Of a stretch of 64,000 nucleotides of DNA, positions 43,910-54,550 are shown piece after piece. Position numbers and translations under genes: made by a program. The stretch is from a phage: NCBI GenBank assembly GCA_020857175.1, contig GCA_020857175.1_3048.1; one strand, given 5' to 3'. The notes beneath the pieces are model-generated. The model did no database searches. It was not told the origin of the DNA and worked only from the letters and a program-made list of their open reading frames with translations. Position 1 is the first letter of the stretch; each line of letters opens with the position of its first letter.

Positions 43910-45229
43910 TCACACATAAAACACATCATAACGACCACGTGTTACACCAACGTAAAGAAGTTGTTGAGCTAATTCAGCATCTGCATAATGAATACAAGGC
44001 GTATAAATGAAAGCACGGTCTACAGACATACCCTGAGCTTTATGGAATGTTGATGCAGGAAGTGCTTTCACTTTACTGAACTGTGATTTAGCATCCCAAA
44101 AATCACTCCATGGAGCTTTTCCGCCTTTGTTCCAATTTTTATAAGTTTCTGCCGTTTTACCTAAAAATAGGTTAAACTTATATAGCTCTTCATCAGATGA
44201 AATTATTTTAATCTTTTCACGATAATATTCATCATCGCCATAAGTTTCTACTGTTAAATCCCAATGACGAATTAAGTATTCTCCAGGAACACCACGAGCT
44301 TTAACAAATGATGATGTATACTCTGCTTCTATAATACGAACTAATTGTCCGTTATTAAAAATAATTTCTGACACAGGCTTTCCATCAATTTTATATGTTT
44401 TAATTAATGGTTCCTGCATTACAATAATTTCACCGACAATAAAATCTTTATCAGTTTCAAAAATCTTTTTACGAATAATGCTATTTAACTTGTCAACAGA
44501 TTTATTCGTAAATGCCATTACGCGATTTTCAAACAAATCATCTAGTGATTTGACGATTGAAAAATAATTTACCATAAAATCACGTAAAGCTGCATCACCA
44601 GTAAATCCACGTACTCCATGCCCGTCAACAACTTTATCATAAATCCACTTACCGTTGCGAACATCAGTAGCTACATCAATAATAGGAGCATTACTGCGTT
44701 TAACTTCAGTAAGTTCACACTGATAAAAATCTTTGTGTGTAAAGAATGGACTGATATAAGCAGTATTTTCTCCTGGATCAACAGGTCTAATTTGCTTATT
44801 ATCACCTATTCCAATTATAGTACACCAAGGTGGAATAGTTGAAAGCAGAATTTTAAATAGCTTTCTATCATACATTGACACTTCGTCGCAGATTAATACC
44901 CTGCATTTAGCTAAATCTGGTACTTCCTTCTGTTCAAAAAGAACGTTTTCTTCATACGTAACTGGGTTAATTTTAAGAATACTGTGAATAGTACTCGCTT
45001 CTTTCCCCGACAGTTTTGAAAGAATCTTTTTAGCTGCATGTGTAGGAGCTGCCAAAATGATACCAGTTTCGCCTGTTGATATTAAAGCTTCAATGATGAA
45101 CTTAGTAAGAGTAGTCTTACCAGTACCAGCAGGTCCATTAATAGTTACATGATGTTTCTTTTCTTTAATAGCCCTCATAACGATGTTAAAGGCATTTTTC
45201 TGGCCTTCGGTCAAATCATCAAATGTCAT
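43910..45229 (-). CDS. dda: Dda SF1B DNA helicase, 439 aa
   Basis: Walker A GPAGTGKTT, DEVSM Walker B; 439 aa as T4 Dda. Confidence 0.95.
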   Translation of the reverse strand: MTFDDLTEGQKNAFNIVMRAIKEKKHHVTINGPAGTGKTTLTKFIIEALISTGETGIILAAPTHAAKKILSKLSGKEASTIHSILKINPVTYEENVLFEQKEVPDLAKCRVLICDEVSMYDRKLFKILLSTIPPWCTIIGIGDNKQIRPVDPGENTAYISPFFTHKDFYQCELTEVKRSNAPIIDVATDVRNGKWIYDKVVDGHGVRGFTGDAALRDFMVNYFSIVKSLDDLFENRVMAFTNKSVDKLNSIIRKKIFETDKDFIVGEIIVMQEPLIKTYKIDGKPVSEIIFNNGQLVRIIEAEYTSSFVKARGVPGEYLIRHWDLTVETYGDDEYYREKIKIISSDEELYKFNLFLGKTAETYKNWNKGGKAPWSDFWDAKSQFSKVKALPASTFHKAQGMSVDRAFIYTPCIHYADAELAQQLLYVGVTRGRYDVFYV

Positions 45230-45537
45230 CGTAAATTCCCTGCAATTGGTATACTAACAATACGCCCAGTATCTAAAATTCGCTGATATAATCTTTGTGT
45301 GTCTACGTCAGGCTTAACATGTTTAACTTCTATTTTATTAAACCAAAACTTGCGTGGAGTTTCAACTAATCTTGGAATTCCCTTACCTAAAGCTAATCGA
45401 TACTGCTCTTTAAGAGTAGTAAATACTTTATCAGCAATATTCCATTCAAAAAATACAGCAGGACGATGTTCATCAAGCGGAACTGGCGCCGTAAATCCGT
45501 CTTTGTCTCGGTAAACTATCGCATATACATAAACCAT
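45226..45537 (-). CDS. hypothetical protein, 103 aa (dda.1-like)
   Basis: ATG start; stop overlaps dda start. Confidence 0.5.
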   Translation of the reverse strand: MVYVYAIVYRDKDGFTAPVPLDEHRPAVFFEWNIADKVFTTLKEQYRLALGKGIPRLVETPRKFWFNKIEVKHVKPDVDTQRLYQRILDTGRIVSIPIAGNLR

Positions 45538-45538
45538 A

Positions 45539-46285
45539 TTATCCTCGGATAAGTTTAAAAATTGAACAATTTAGCGGATATCCTCTTTTCAGTTTAAGTT
45601 TATCAATAAAAGACAAGTTTTGATACCGCTCTACACCTTGAATAATTTTATCACACATATCATATTGCATTTCTGCCTCTGACAACTTTTTCACAATTTT
45701 CCAATCCGAGCCTTTAAGAAGAACGTTCAATTTAACAACTTCAGCGCCTTCTGCTATGTGAGAACCATCAATACGAGCTTTAAGTGCTATAATCCTTAGC
45801 TTAATGTCAGAGGTCTGTTTTGATTTAGAAAGCTGAGAAATGTGTTCAATTCGGTTTTCACGTTTTTTCTGTATAGCTTTAATTTGATTATAAGTCTTTT
45901 TGATTTTAGCCCATTTCTTTTCATCTAAATTTAGTTTATGAACTTTTTTCGCAGATGAACGACCAATTCGCAAAGCAAATAAATCACGCTTTTCAATCAA
46001 CTCCTCTAAAGTATAATCAGAACGAAATGTATTATACTTTTTCTTTACTGCAATAACATTCCCTTTAATGTATCCAACGTTATTATCAAAACGTTCTAAT
46101 GATAATTTCTCTCCTTCAATACGATTATCAAAAGGTTCTCCTGAATAGGCACAAACTTTTTGTTCTAAAATATTCTTAATATAATTGAAGTCTAAGTTAA
46201 AATCTTTAGAACGTCTTTTTGCAGATGCCTGAGTATGCTCTAGACGACGTTTAATTTTACGAATTTGGTTATTAGACAGCTTCAT
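45539..46285 (-). CDS. Srd-like protein (positional equivalent of T4 srd), 248 aa, with degenerate HNH-like N-terminal motif
   Basis: Position between dda.1 and modA; N-terminus CAYSGEPF...LSLERFDNNVGYIKGNVIAV resembles small HNH endonuclease motifs but lacks the zinc-binding Cys pairs. Confidence 0.5.
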   Translation of the reverse strand: MKLSNNQIRKIKRRLEHTQASAKRRSKDFNLDFNYIKNILEQKVCAYSGEPFDNRIEGEKLSLERFDNNVGYIKGNVIAVKKKYNTFRSDYTLEELIEKRDLFALRIGRSSAKKVHKLNLDEKKWAKIKKTYNQIKAIQKKRENRIEHISQLSKSKQTSDIKLRIIALKARIDGSHIAEGAEVVKLNVLLKGSDWKIVKKLSEAEMQYDMCDKIIQGVERYQNLSFIDKLKLKRGYPLNCSIFKLIRG

Positions 46286-46408
46286 ATTTTTCTCACATCT
46301 TACGGACGGTTAACTACTTATACTATAACATTTTTACCTTAACTTGTAAACAACTTTATGTAAAAATGCTTTAAAACTTTCATGGTATAATGAATCTAAG
46401 TCCTTCCA

Positions 46409-47011
46409 TTATAGATTAAATCCTTCAAAATCAAGAGTATAGATAGTGTATGTTGAATACTTTTTGTACTCATATCTATCTGCAATTCTAAATACACTTC
46501 CAGCTGGTATCATTACTTCTTGTTCATCTGAAACTAATTCCATATTACGATAACGATGGCTATCCGGAAACTTAAAGTTTGGATTGTATTCTTTACAACG
46601 TAGAGCTTTTATAGCATACTCCTGGAAATTGAATACCATAGGAGCTTTGAATTCAAAAATAACTTGTGTGTTATACTCTAAACCGGAAGCAAAATGTAGA
46701 GCTATATTTTTATCATATGAAGCTGATACGACTTTATCAAATGTAATAATATCAATTCCTTGATTTAATACTTGCTTAGTCTCAGCTGGAACACCTCTCC
46801 AAAGAGGTTTATCGTTTGGTTCCAAACGAGATTTGATTATTTCATTTAACCAAGTATGGTCATCTGGTTTATTAGTAATACAATGAATTAAAAGTTCAAT
46901 TTCAGATAAATTAAACCCTTCAGAAAGTAATTCTTCACGAATAGAAGCACGCACCGATGCATCCATTGATTTTATTTTAAAATCTTTTAGTTGCATTACT
47001 GAGTATTTCAT
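46409..47011 (-). CDS. modA: ADP-ribosyltransferase ModA, 200 aa
   Basis: R (LWRG), S-x-S (SAS), E-x-E (EQEVMIP) ART signature; 200 aa as T4 ModA. Confidence 0.8.
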   Translation of the reverse strand: MKYSVMQLKDFKIKSMDASVRASIREELLSEGFNLSEIELLIHCITNKPDDHTWLNEIIKSRLEPNDKPLWRGVPAETKQVLNQGIDIITFDKVVSASYDKNIALHFASGLEYNTQVIFEFKAPMVFNFQEYAIKALRCKEYNPNFKFPDSHRYRNMELVSDEQEVMIPAGSVFRIADRYEYKKYSTYTIYTLDFEGFNL

Positions 47012-47630
47012 TCAACTACCTCAATATCATAAACTTTAAATGTTCCAAATGAATCGTGTAATTTTTCTTTTGAAATAGAAGTTATTCTATACTTTCCAAT
47101 TGGAATCATCCATTCTTGTTCACGCACAATCATCATTAAGTTATCAGTACGCTCTGAATCTAGCCCATCAGTATCTTCATACGTGTACTTAAACTCAGTA
47201 TTAGGAGAAGAAAGTATAATATCGCTGATATGGTCAGAATAATTAAAAGCTTTATCAGTTTTTAAGCGAAATATTATTTCAGTGAAATACTCAACATAAG
47301 AAAAACCACATGCTGTGTGCAAACTAGTAGTAAATGAATCTACCCTATTCGTTGAAAACACTTCTCCAACTTGTAAATCTTTAATGAGTTCTTTTGTCGA
47401 TTTTGATATACCACGATATAACTGATAAGGTGATTTAGTTAAATGCTTTTTAACGATTTTATTCAACTGCCGATGAAGAGCTTCATTCTTTTTAGCTTCC
47501 ATACATTGCCAAAGAATTGACTGCTCAAAGTCAGTAAATTTTTCACAGACTTTTTATACATATCATATTGAAAATCAACGCTTTCAGCTTTTATAGATAA
47601 CTGTTCAACATCTGCAAGATTAATAATCAT
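47008..47630 (-). pseudogene. modB: ADP-ribosyltransferase ModB, reading frame interrupted by apparent single-base deletion near 47499
   Basis: SD-preceded ATG at 47630 opens a 52-codon frame; the ART-domain ORF (47008..47502; YRG, STS, EQEWMIP) is in another frame with no SD; restoring one G at tgg|gaa gives 207 aa, the T4 ModB length. Confidence 0.5.
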
Positions 47631-47656
47631 GATAGCCTCCGTATACTTCAGAAGCT

Positions 47657-47686
47657 ATCATATCATCGTTAGAAAGGAAAGTAAAC
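47657..47686 (-). promoter_or_regulatory. T4-type early promoter upstream of modB
   Basis: Minus strand GTTTAC (47686..47681), 18-nt spacer, TATGAT (47662..47657). Confidence 0.45.
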
Positions 47687-47697
47687 AACTTTTTGAA

Positions 47698-47880
47698 TTA
47701 TTTTGCCCAGGGAGCCCAAGGCGGAGGGTCAAGATGGTATGAAGCTAGTTCTTCTAGAAGAGCATCTGGGGCTTCAATTCCATAATTCTGTAATACTATA
47801 CGGTACTCTTTCTTATAATCACTAGAATCATTCTGGTTATTCGTAGAATGATTATCTTCTAACATCTCAAATAAATCCAT
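47698..47880 (-). CDS. hypothetical protein, 60 aa
   Basis: ATG start; Pro/Trp-rich C-terminus. Confidence 0.4.
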   Translation of the reverse strand: MDLFEMLEDNHSTNNQNDSSDYKKEYRIVLQNYGIEAPDALLEELASYHLDPPPWAPWAK

Positions 47881-47888
47881 ATTAATTC

Positions 47889-48360
47889 CTAGCGATAAAA
47901 ACCAAATTGACGATTAGTTTCAATAATCTTTCTTTCTTCTTCGGACATTCTCCAACGTAGTCCAACATCAAAATGAGCCCAGACCATCTTAACAAATGCA
48001 TTTATATCTTTAATATCTTCAATAATGAATGTTTTACTTTTAGAAGGTTGACTCACTAATTTAACTTTATCATCTTCAAACAGGTCAAAAAGACCATATT
48101 CATGAGCTCTTTTATAGCCTTTAATAGTTAAAGCTTCAGAAGAAGAAAACGGTGAATCTGTATTCTGCAAAATATCTTCAGTATGCTTTATAATTAGAAT
48201 AACATTTTCTGGATATTTTCTTTCTTTTATATCTTTAATTAAAAAATCCGGATTTTCTGCTAAAGGAATAATTAATGAGCATTTTTTTACCAAGAGTATT
48301 TACTGATTTACCTTCTTTAGACATGAATTCTACTGAATAATGTTTTGCTACTTCAATCAT
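47889..48360 (-). pseudogene. hypothetical gene (~158 codons) interrupted by frameshift at an A7 tract (plus-strand T7 at 48282..48288)
   Basis: ATG at 48360 opens a frame ([12 protein letters not shown]...GKK) that terminates shortly after the homopolymer; the long downstream frame (KKCSLIIPLAENPDF...) has only a TTG start. Confidence 0.4.
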
Positions 48361-48517
48361 GTGATTTCCTTTTGCCTACTAATGGACCATCGGGAATTTT
48401 GTTTTCCTGGATATATTTCTCATTTTCTTCCATCATTTTACTGCCAATTTTAAGAAGCAAATCCAGTGCTTCATTTGCTTTTGCTTTAGCCTCTTCTAAC
48501 GTTATATCTTTGTTCAT
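48353..48517 (-). CDS. hypothetical protein, 54 aa
   Basis: Manual translation [23 protein letters not shown]...; ATGA overlap with upstream stop. Confidence 0.4.
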   Translation of the reverse strand: MNKDITLEEAKAKANEALDLLLKIGSKMMEENEKYIQENKIPDGPLVGKRKSHD

Positions 48518-48717
48518 GATTTATCACCATAGATGTCTCTCATCAATTTAAGCGCTGAGCGTTCTAATTTCTTTTCTTTCTCAGCACTAATCATTGATTT
48601 CATCCATTCTTCCGATTCGTTCTGCATTTCTTTATTTGCTTGTTCAACCCAACCATCATCAATATACATTGAGTTTGGTCTATTGAACCATTCAAGAATC
48701 TTCTTGGGAGCTTTCAT
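48514..48717 (-). CDS. hypothetical protein, 67 aa
   Basis: ATG start; charged, coiled-coil-like. Confidence 0.45.
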   Translation of the reverse strand: MKAPKKILEWFNRPNSMYIDDGWVEQANKEMQNESEEWMKSMISAEKEKKLERSALKLMRDIYGDKS

Positions 48718-49177
48718 TTATTTTACCTAAAACAATAGTAGGAGCATCGTCAAATTTATGAATTTTTAGTAAATTTGGATTTAACTTATTCCATAAAGAG
48801 GTAATAAAATATGATAGCGCACTTTCGTCCGTAATTATAAATTTATTTCCTTTATCTATTTTCCAATCATATATTGAATCATATGAATAGAAGGATAACG
48901 GTTTATTATTATAATATGCTTCACTAACATCAATATAGTTAGATTTAGTAAATGCTTGAATTGCCATAAATGGAGAATTTTGTACAGTTTCAATAATTCC
49001 GATCTTTTTAAGTTTTATTTCAACATCTTCTGGAATTGGCATTGAAATAAAATCTTCTACTAGATACATGTTATTGTCATATCTTTTATCAATCATTACT
49101 GCTACAGTAATTGGAACATCTTTAGCAAACGACATGCTATTACTGCTAATATACATTTCAAACAAAATCGCTTCCAT
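48692..49177 (-). CDS. hypothetical protein, ~161 aa
   Basis: ATG at 49177 with GAGGAAAA SD; track start is TTG. Confidence 0.45.
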   Translation of the reverse strand: MEAILFEMYISSNSMSFAKDVPITVAVMIDKRYDNNMYLVEDFISMPIPEDVEIKLKKIGIIETVQNSPFMAIQAFTKSNYIDVSEAYYNNKPLSFYSYDSIYDWKIDKGNKFIITDESALSYFITSLWNKLNPNLLKIHKFDDAPTIVLGKINESSQEDS

Positions 49178-49185
49178 AATTTTCC

Positions 49186-49527
49186 TCAATCGCAAGATGT
49201 AGATGAACAACCAGAATCACAAGAACTTCCACATGAATCGCCCATCCATACATGAACAGGAACATTAGTATCATATGAATCAGAACTAGACTGTGTATTC
49301 TGTGCATTAGATGATGTAGTAGGTACTGACCAGCGCCAAGGATTTTTATAATATTCTTGGGCTTCTTCATAAGTCATAGTAACTGCTTCTACTGTTCCAT
49401 CTCCCATATAAACATACTCAACTACAGTTAAAGGAAGGTAGTCATTTGAAATAGGAACTACACCTTCTCCAGGAGCTGTAGAGAAAAAATCCGTAAAGAA
49501 ACTTTTAAACCAATTAAAGATAAACAT
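49186..49527 (-). CDS. hypothetical protein with hydrophobic N-terminus and Cys/Ser-rich C-terminus, 113 aa
   Basis: [15 protein letters not shown]... and C-terminal [17 protein letters not shown]. Confidence 0.45.
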   Translation of the reverse strand: MFIFNWFKSFFTDFFSTAPGEGVVPISNDYLPLTVVEYVYMGDGTVEAVTMTYEEAQEYYKNPWRWSVPTTSSNAQNTQSSSDSYDTNVPVHVWMGDSCGSSCDSGCSSTSCD

Positions 49528-49733
49528 TACAAAAAGCCTCTTTTGAATTCGACTTGCTTTTCACCATAATCATATCGAATCTCTGCATTAAATTCGACAG
49601 AACCATCTGCGTACATCATAAATGAATGCACAACAACTTCTGTAGACCATGGTTGCAATTCATATTTCTTCATTACATGTCGTGAAATGATAATATCTAA
49701 ATCTTCATTCGGTTTAATCCAACGATTTAACAT
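49527..49733 (-). CDS. hypothetical protein, 68 aa
   Basis: ATG with GAGGAGAG SD downstream of the 49760..49789 promoter. Confidence 0.5.
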   Translation of the reverse strand: MLNRWIKPNEDLDIIISRHVMKKYELQPWSTEVVVHSFMMYADGSVEFNAEIRYDYGEKQVEFKRGFL

Positions 49734-49759
49734 AGTGCTCTCCTCTATAAGATAATTCT

Positions 49760-49789
49760 ATTATACCATACTCATTTTGGAAAGTAAAC
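49760..49789 (-). promoter_or_regulatory. T4-type early promoter
   Basis: Minus strand GTTTAC (49789..49784), 18-nt spacer, TGGTATAAT (49765..49760). Confidence 0.5.
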
Positions 49790-49828
49790 CATTTAAATGA
49801 AAAAGGACTCCCGAAGGAGTCCTTGAAT

Positions 49829-50074
49829 TTATTCACCAGTTACTTTCCACAAATCTTCATTTGCAGCAATCCATTCAGTACGTTGATTTTCTTCATATAC
49901 TGTAGAATATGCTGCTTTTTCTGAAGGGAATGTCTGATAATGAGCACCAGAAATTTTGTGAACGTCAGAATAAAGAGGGAAAGCTACAGAAATTTCCTTT
50001 CCTTCAATTTTCTTATTTCCATCTAATTTCTGCTCAAATGTTTTAATATTAACATAACCGCGAGTACTAGCCAT
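49829..50074 (-). CDS. soc: small outer capsid protein Soc, 80 aa
   Basis: MASTRGYVNIKTFEQKLDGNKKIEGKEISVAFPLYSDVHKISGAHYQTF... matches T4 Soc. Confidence 0.9.
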   Translation of the reverse strand: MASTRGYVNIKTFEQKLDGNKKIEGKEISVAFPLYSDVHKISGAHYQTFPSEKAAYSTVYEENQRTEWIAANEDLWKVTGE

Positions 50075-50104
50075 GTAATTCTCCTTTTATTTAAATTACA
50101 TGAT

Positions 50105-50112
50105 TATTTATA
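50105..50112 (-). promoter_or_regulatory. T4 late promoter (TATAAATA) for soc
   Basis: Minus strand TATAAATA about 30 nt upstream of soc ATG. Confidence 0.5.
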
Positions 50113-50782
50113 CATCTTCTTTTCTGAATAAGTAAATTAAATTCTTAAGAGCTGAACTTGTTACATCATATTTTCCTTTAAGCGCCTTTACAACCGGGCC
50201 TGTTGCTGGTTTACCTAAAGAAACCCATAACTCATGTATTTCGCTTTTAAGCGGTTCATGCCAATGCGGCGCTTTTCTTTGCGCCCTTGAAGTTCCTTCT
50301 GAAATCTTTTTATTTCCGCCATTCGAATAAAACTTTTTCATTACTTCAGATTGCCGAGCTTTTCGTTCTGCTCTATTTTGGGCTATACGTTGTGAATTCT
50401 TCATCCGAGTTTTTGTTTCAGGATTGTTTAATCTAAGTTTATGTTCTAATCGTTGTTGCTCAGTCCATTTTCTTCCTTCTCCACCCTGACCACCAGGAGA
50501 AATATTAATGCAAGTATCTGGGTGTTTACGTTTTAATGCAGATATTAGCTCGCGTTCAACTTCATATGATTTTTCTCTAGAACCATGGCATTTTGACCAA
50601 CGTATTTTATAATTAAAACCATACTTACGATATATGTTCCATAGTATTTTGCCTGACCCCGGATATTTATCATCATATGGATTTACAATAAATGATTCAT
50701 GTTTCCCAGCGTACCAAAAGACGCCTTTCGGCGTCCTAACTTTTACGATATATGTTCTATAAAATTTTTGTTTAATACCCAT
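50108..50782 (-). mobile_element. segF: SegF-like GIY-YIG homing endonuclease gene, ~224 aa
   Basis: From ATG 50782: MGIKQKFYRTYIVKVRTPKGVFWYAGKH (GIY-x10-YIG-like), basic C-terminal region; lies between 56 and soc where T4 carries segF; overlaps gene 56 3' end. Confidence 0.6.
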
Positions 50783-51287
50783 TATCTTGACGTTCAAAAT
50801 TATGTTTATTTTTCAAATAATAAAGTTTAAAGATTTCTTCCGCATTCATTCCAAGGCCAGCAAACATATTTAATACGAAATGAAATATATCCACAAGCTC
50901 AAATTTAATTTCGAGCTGATCTTCTGGGGACATTTCATCAATGCGTTTTTCTTGCGCTTCAATATAACGTGCTTTCCATTTTTTCCAAACTGCCGATGCA
51001 TCTTTTTCACCACGTGACATTTCACCAAGAGAAGTCAGAAGTTCGCGGAATTCATCATCAATACAGTCTTTTTGTTCACGCATCCAAGAAACAACATCAC
51101 CGGCAGTTTCTAATTTATCTGGATGATAACAGTATTCGCGGTCATTTGCTAAACGAATCTGCAGAGATTTCTGCATGTCAAGCATTACCTGCAGCGGGTC
51201 TTTTTCATCACCGAGAATATCCCAGTATTCATTTTGAGCTTTATCAGCGCCTTCGATCAGTTGACTACATTCGTTAAAGTAAGCCAT
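50772..51287 (-). CDS. 56: dCTP/dCDP pyrophosphatase gp56, 171 aa
   Basis: From ATG 51287: MAYFNECSQLIEGADKAQNEYWDILGDEKDPLQVMLDMQ... matches T4 gp56; track start is TTG. Confidence 0.85.
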   Translation of the reverse strand: MAYFNECSQLIEGADKAQNEYWDILGDEKDPLQVMLDMQKSLQIRLANDREYCYHPDKLETAGDVVSWMREQKDCIDDEFRELLTSLGEMSRGEKDASAVWKKWKARYIEAQEKRIDEMSPEDQLEIKFELVDIFHFVLNMFAGLGMNAEEIFKLYYLKNKHNFERQDNGY

Positions 51288-51347
51288 TATTTTTCCTTTC
51301 AATTCATTAATAAGTTAAATAATTATATCATTTGAGTATGTAAGCAA

Positions 51348-52687
<1,340 letters not shown>

Positions 52688-52712
52688 TATATCATCCTCA
52701 GCAATTTATTTT

Positions 52713-52742
52713 ATAATACCATAACAAGCTGAGAAAGTAAAC
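52713..52742 (-). promoter_or_regulatory. T4-type early promoter driving the 186-aa ORF and dam
   Basis: Minus strand GTTTAC (52742..52737), 18-nt spacer, TGGTATTAT (52718..52713). Confidence 0.45.
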
Positions 52743-52786
52743 AAATTTATGAAATTTGTGATAAATATTAATTTAAAGGAGGACAT

Positions 52787-52987
52787 ATGGCACAAAAATT
52801 AATGGCACTTGTTAATGCCATAAAAGGTAATAAAAAACGTATAGCTTTTACTATTTCTGCTATGGTAGGAATTTTACTCTGGAACTTTATTTTATCACCA
52901 ATTGCAATTGCGCATGGTGTTAATATTCCAGTAGTTACTCTTGATACATTCGTAGATCTAGCATTTGCTTTAGTTGGGTTAATTTAA
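52787..52987 (+). CDS. small two-TM membrane protein, 66 aa, opposite strand to neighbours
   Basis: ATG preceded by AAAGGAGGA SD at ideal spacing; two hydrophobic helices; convergent with gene 61. Confidence 0.45.
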   Translation: MAQKLMALVNAIKGNKKRIAFTISAMVGILLWNFILSPIAIAHGVNIPVVTLDTFVDLAFALVGLI

Positions 52988-54012
52988 ATCTTGGCATATT
53001 TAGATAACCGCATTTTAGCCATTAACCCCTGGGCAATATTATTTTTCATATATTCCATAATTTGTTCAGGGGTTGCACCTTCCTTTCTAATCATATCATT
53101 AACATCTTTTGATTTCCAGGGAGATTTATCCCAAAACATAACCCTTTCTCCTGCATCAACTAATTTAGTCATTCGCTTGATAGTGTCAGGGTGACGAGGC
53201 TCATTATCTAAAACCCACACTCGTCTATCTTTAAATGGAACAACTTCTAGGTCTAATTGACCACCCGTAATAGCTATACCATTTTCAATAAAAAGTGAAT
53301 CTATAGGTCCTTCTAGAACATATACATCACCATCTTTAACTCGTTCGACTCCATATATTTTTGTTGCCTCAGGATAAGCTTTGATGGTGATATATTTTTG
53401 AGGAGCATCTTTCTTTAATGCACGTCCTTGAAAAGACTCAGCTTTTCCATTAGCATTATAAATTGGAATAACAAGACGAGGCTCAGAAATTTCCTTTTTG
53501 TATGTTCCCAGTGCTATGCTATTAACTAATTTAGGCCATTCGGTTGTAAACCAAAGATATTTCCATTTATCCTTTGGAATACAACGAGCTTTTACATATT
53601 TTATAATTGGATGGTCTTCCGCCAGTTTATCTAATCTAACACATGACGGAAGAGATTTAATTATTTTCTTCTCAGGATGTTTAGGAAGTTCTTTAGGTTT
53701 TTCTACTGGGCGACTTTTACCTTTTTCTTTTCTTATTTCAAAGATATACTCACGATATAAATCAGGTTCAAACTCCTTTAAATATATTCCGATTGGCGCA
53801 TGATAGTTACAGTTATAACAATGAATATTTCCTTCATTATTATCACCATAATACCATCCACGCGCTTTATTTTGGTCGGTTTTTGAATCTCCACAAACTG
53901 GGCATCTAAACCGTAATTTAAAAGTTGAACTATTATTTACTTGTGTGAATTTAGGTAAATGAGCTAATGCACGATATGCAAACTCATTATCAATCCAAGC
54001 TATTGATGACAT
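52984..54012 (-). CDS. 61: DNA primase gp61, 342 aa
   Basis: Zinc-ribbon CPVCGDSK...CYNC and Toprim region; 342 aa as T4 gp61. Confidence 0.9.
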   Translation of the reverse strand: MSSIAWIDNEFAYRALAHLPKFTQVNNSSTFKLRFRCPVCGDSKTDQNKARGWYYGDNNEGNIHCYNCNYHAPIGIYLKEFEPDLYREYIFEIRKEKGKSRPVEKPKELPKHPEKKIIKSLPSCVRLDKLAEDHPIIKYVKARCIPKDKWKYLWFTTEWPKLVNSIALGTYKKEISEPRLVIPIYNANGKAESFQGRALKKDAPQKYITIKAYPEATKIYGVERVKDGDVYVLEGPIDSLFIENGIAITGGQLDLEVVPFKDRRVWVLDNEPRHPDTIKRMTKLVDAGERVMFWDKSPWKSKDVNDMIRKEGATPEQIMEYMKNNIAQGLMAKMRLSKYAKI

Positions 54013-54015
54013 TCT

Positions 54016-54180
54016 TTACTCTTCTTTTTCTTTAGATTCCTCTTTTTTCTTTTTAGGAATCTGTTCAGGACCTTTATTTACTACAGCACCTGATGTTGTT
54101 CCAGTAGAGATATTTTCAGGATTACCACCTGAATCTCCAGCAACCATATCTTCTTTAATAAATTCTTTATATGTTTTCAT
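54016..54180 (-). CDS. hypothetical small protein, 54 aa (61.1-like)
   Basis: Manual translation MKTYKEFIKEDMVAGDSGGNPENIS...; immediately upstream of gene 61. Confidence 0.4.
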   Translation of the reverse strand: MKTYKEFIKEDMVAGDSGGNPENISTGTTSGAVVNKGPEQIPKKKKEESKEKEE

Positions 54181-54181
54181 A

Positions 54182-54538
54182 TTAACCTCTATTCATAAAA
54201 GCATTAAAAATTTGGTCATCAATAGATGGAATAGCAACCTTTTCGGCATCATTTAGCAAATCATTAATTTCATCAGATAGCATAACACATGTGCCTTTAT
54301 TTCCTGTAATTGTTACTGCACAATTACGAACGTTTTCTTTATTAAATTTTAGGTTAATATTTTCGTAATGAAAATCCTTTAATGCTGAATATATTTTTAA
54401 AATAAAATTGTCTTTTACTACAATAAACCCAACCTCACTATTAAAACGTGGTTCATGGAAACTGTAATAAACCTTTTCATCTATAAAATCGTATGAAATT
54501 TTTTCCATTTTTAAATATGAAAATTCAGAACTATACAT
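54182..54538 (-). CDS. hypothetical protein, 118 aa
   Basis: ATG start; 61-41 intergenic array. Confidence 0.5.
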   Translation of the reverse strand: MYSSEFSYLKMEKISYDFIDEKVYYSFHEPRFNSEVGFIVVKDNFILKIYSALKDFHYENINLKFNKENVRNCAVTITGNKGTCVMLSDEINDLLNDAEKVAIPSIDDQIFNAFMNRG

Positions 54539-54550
54539 ACTAACCTCTAA

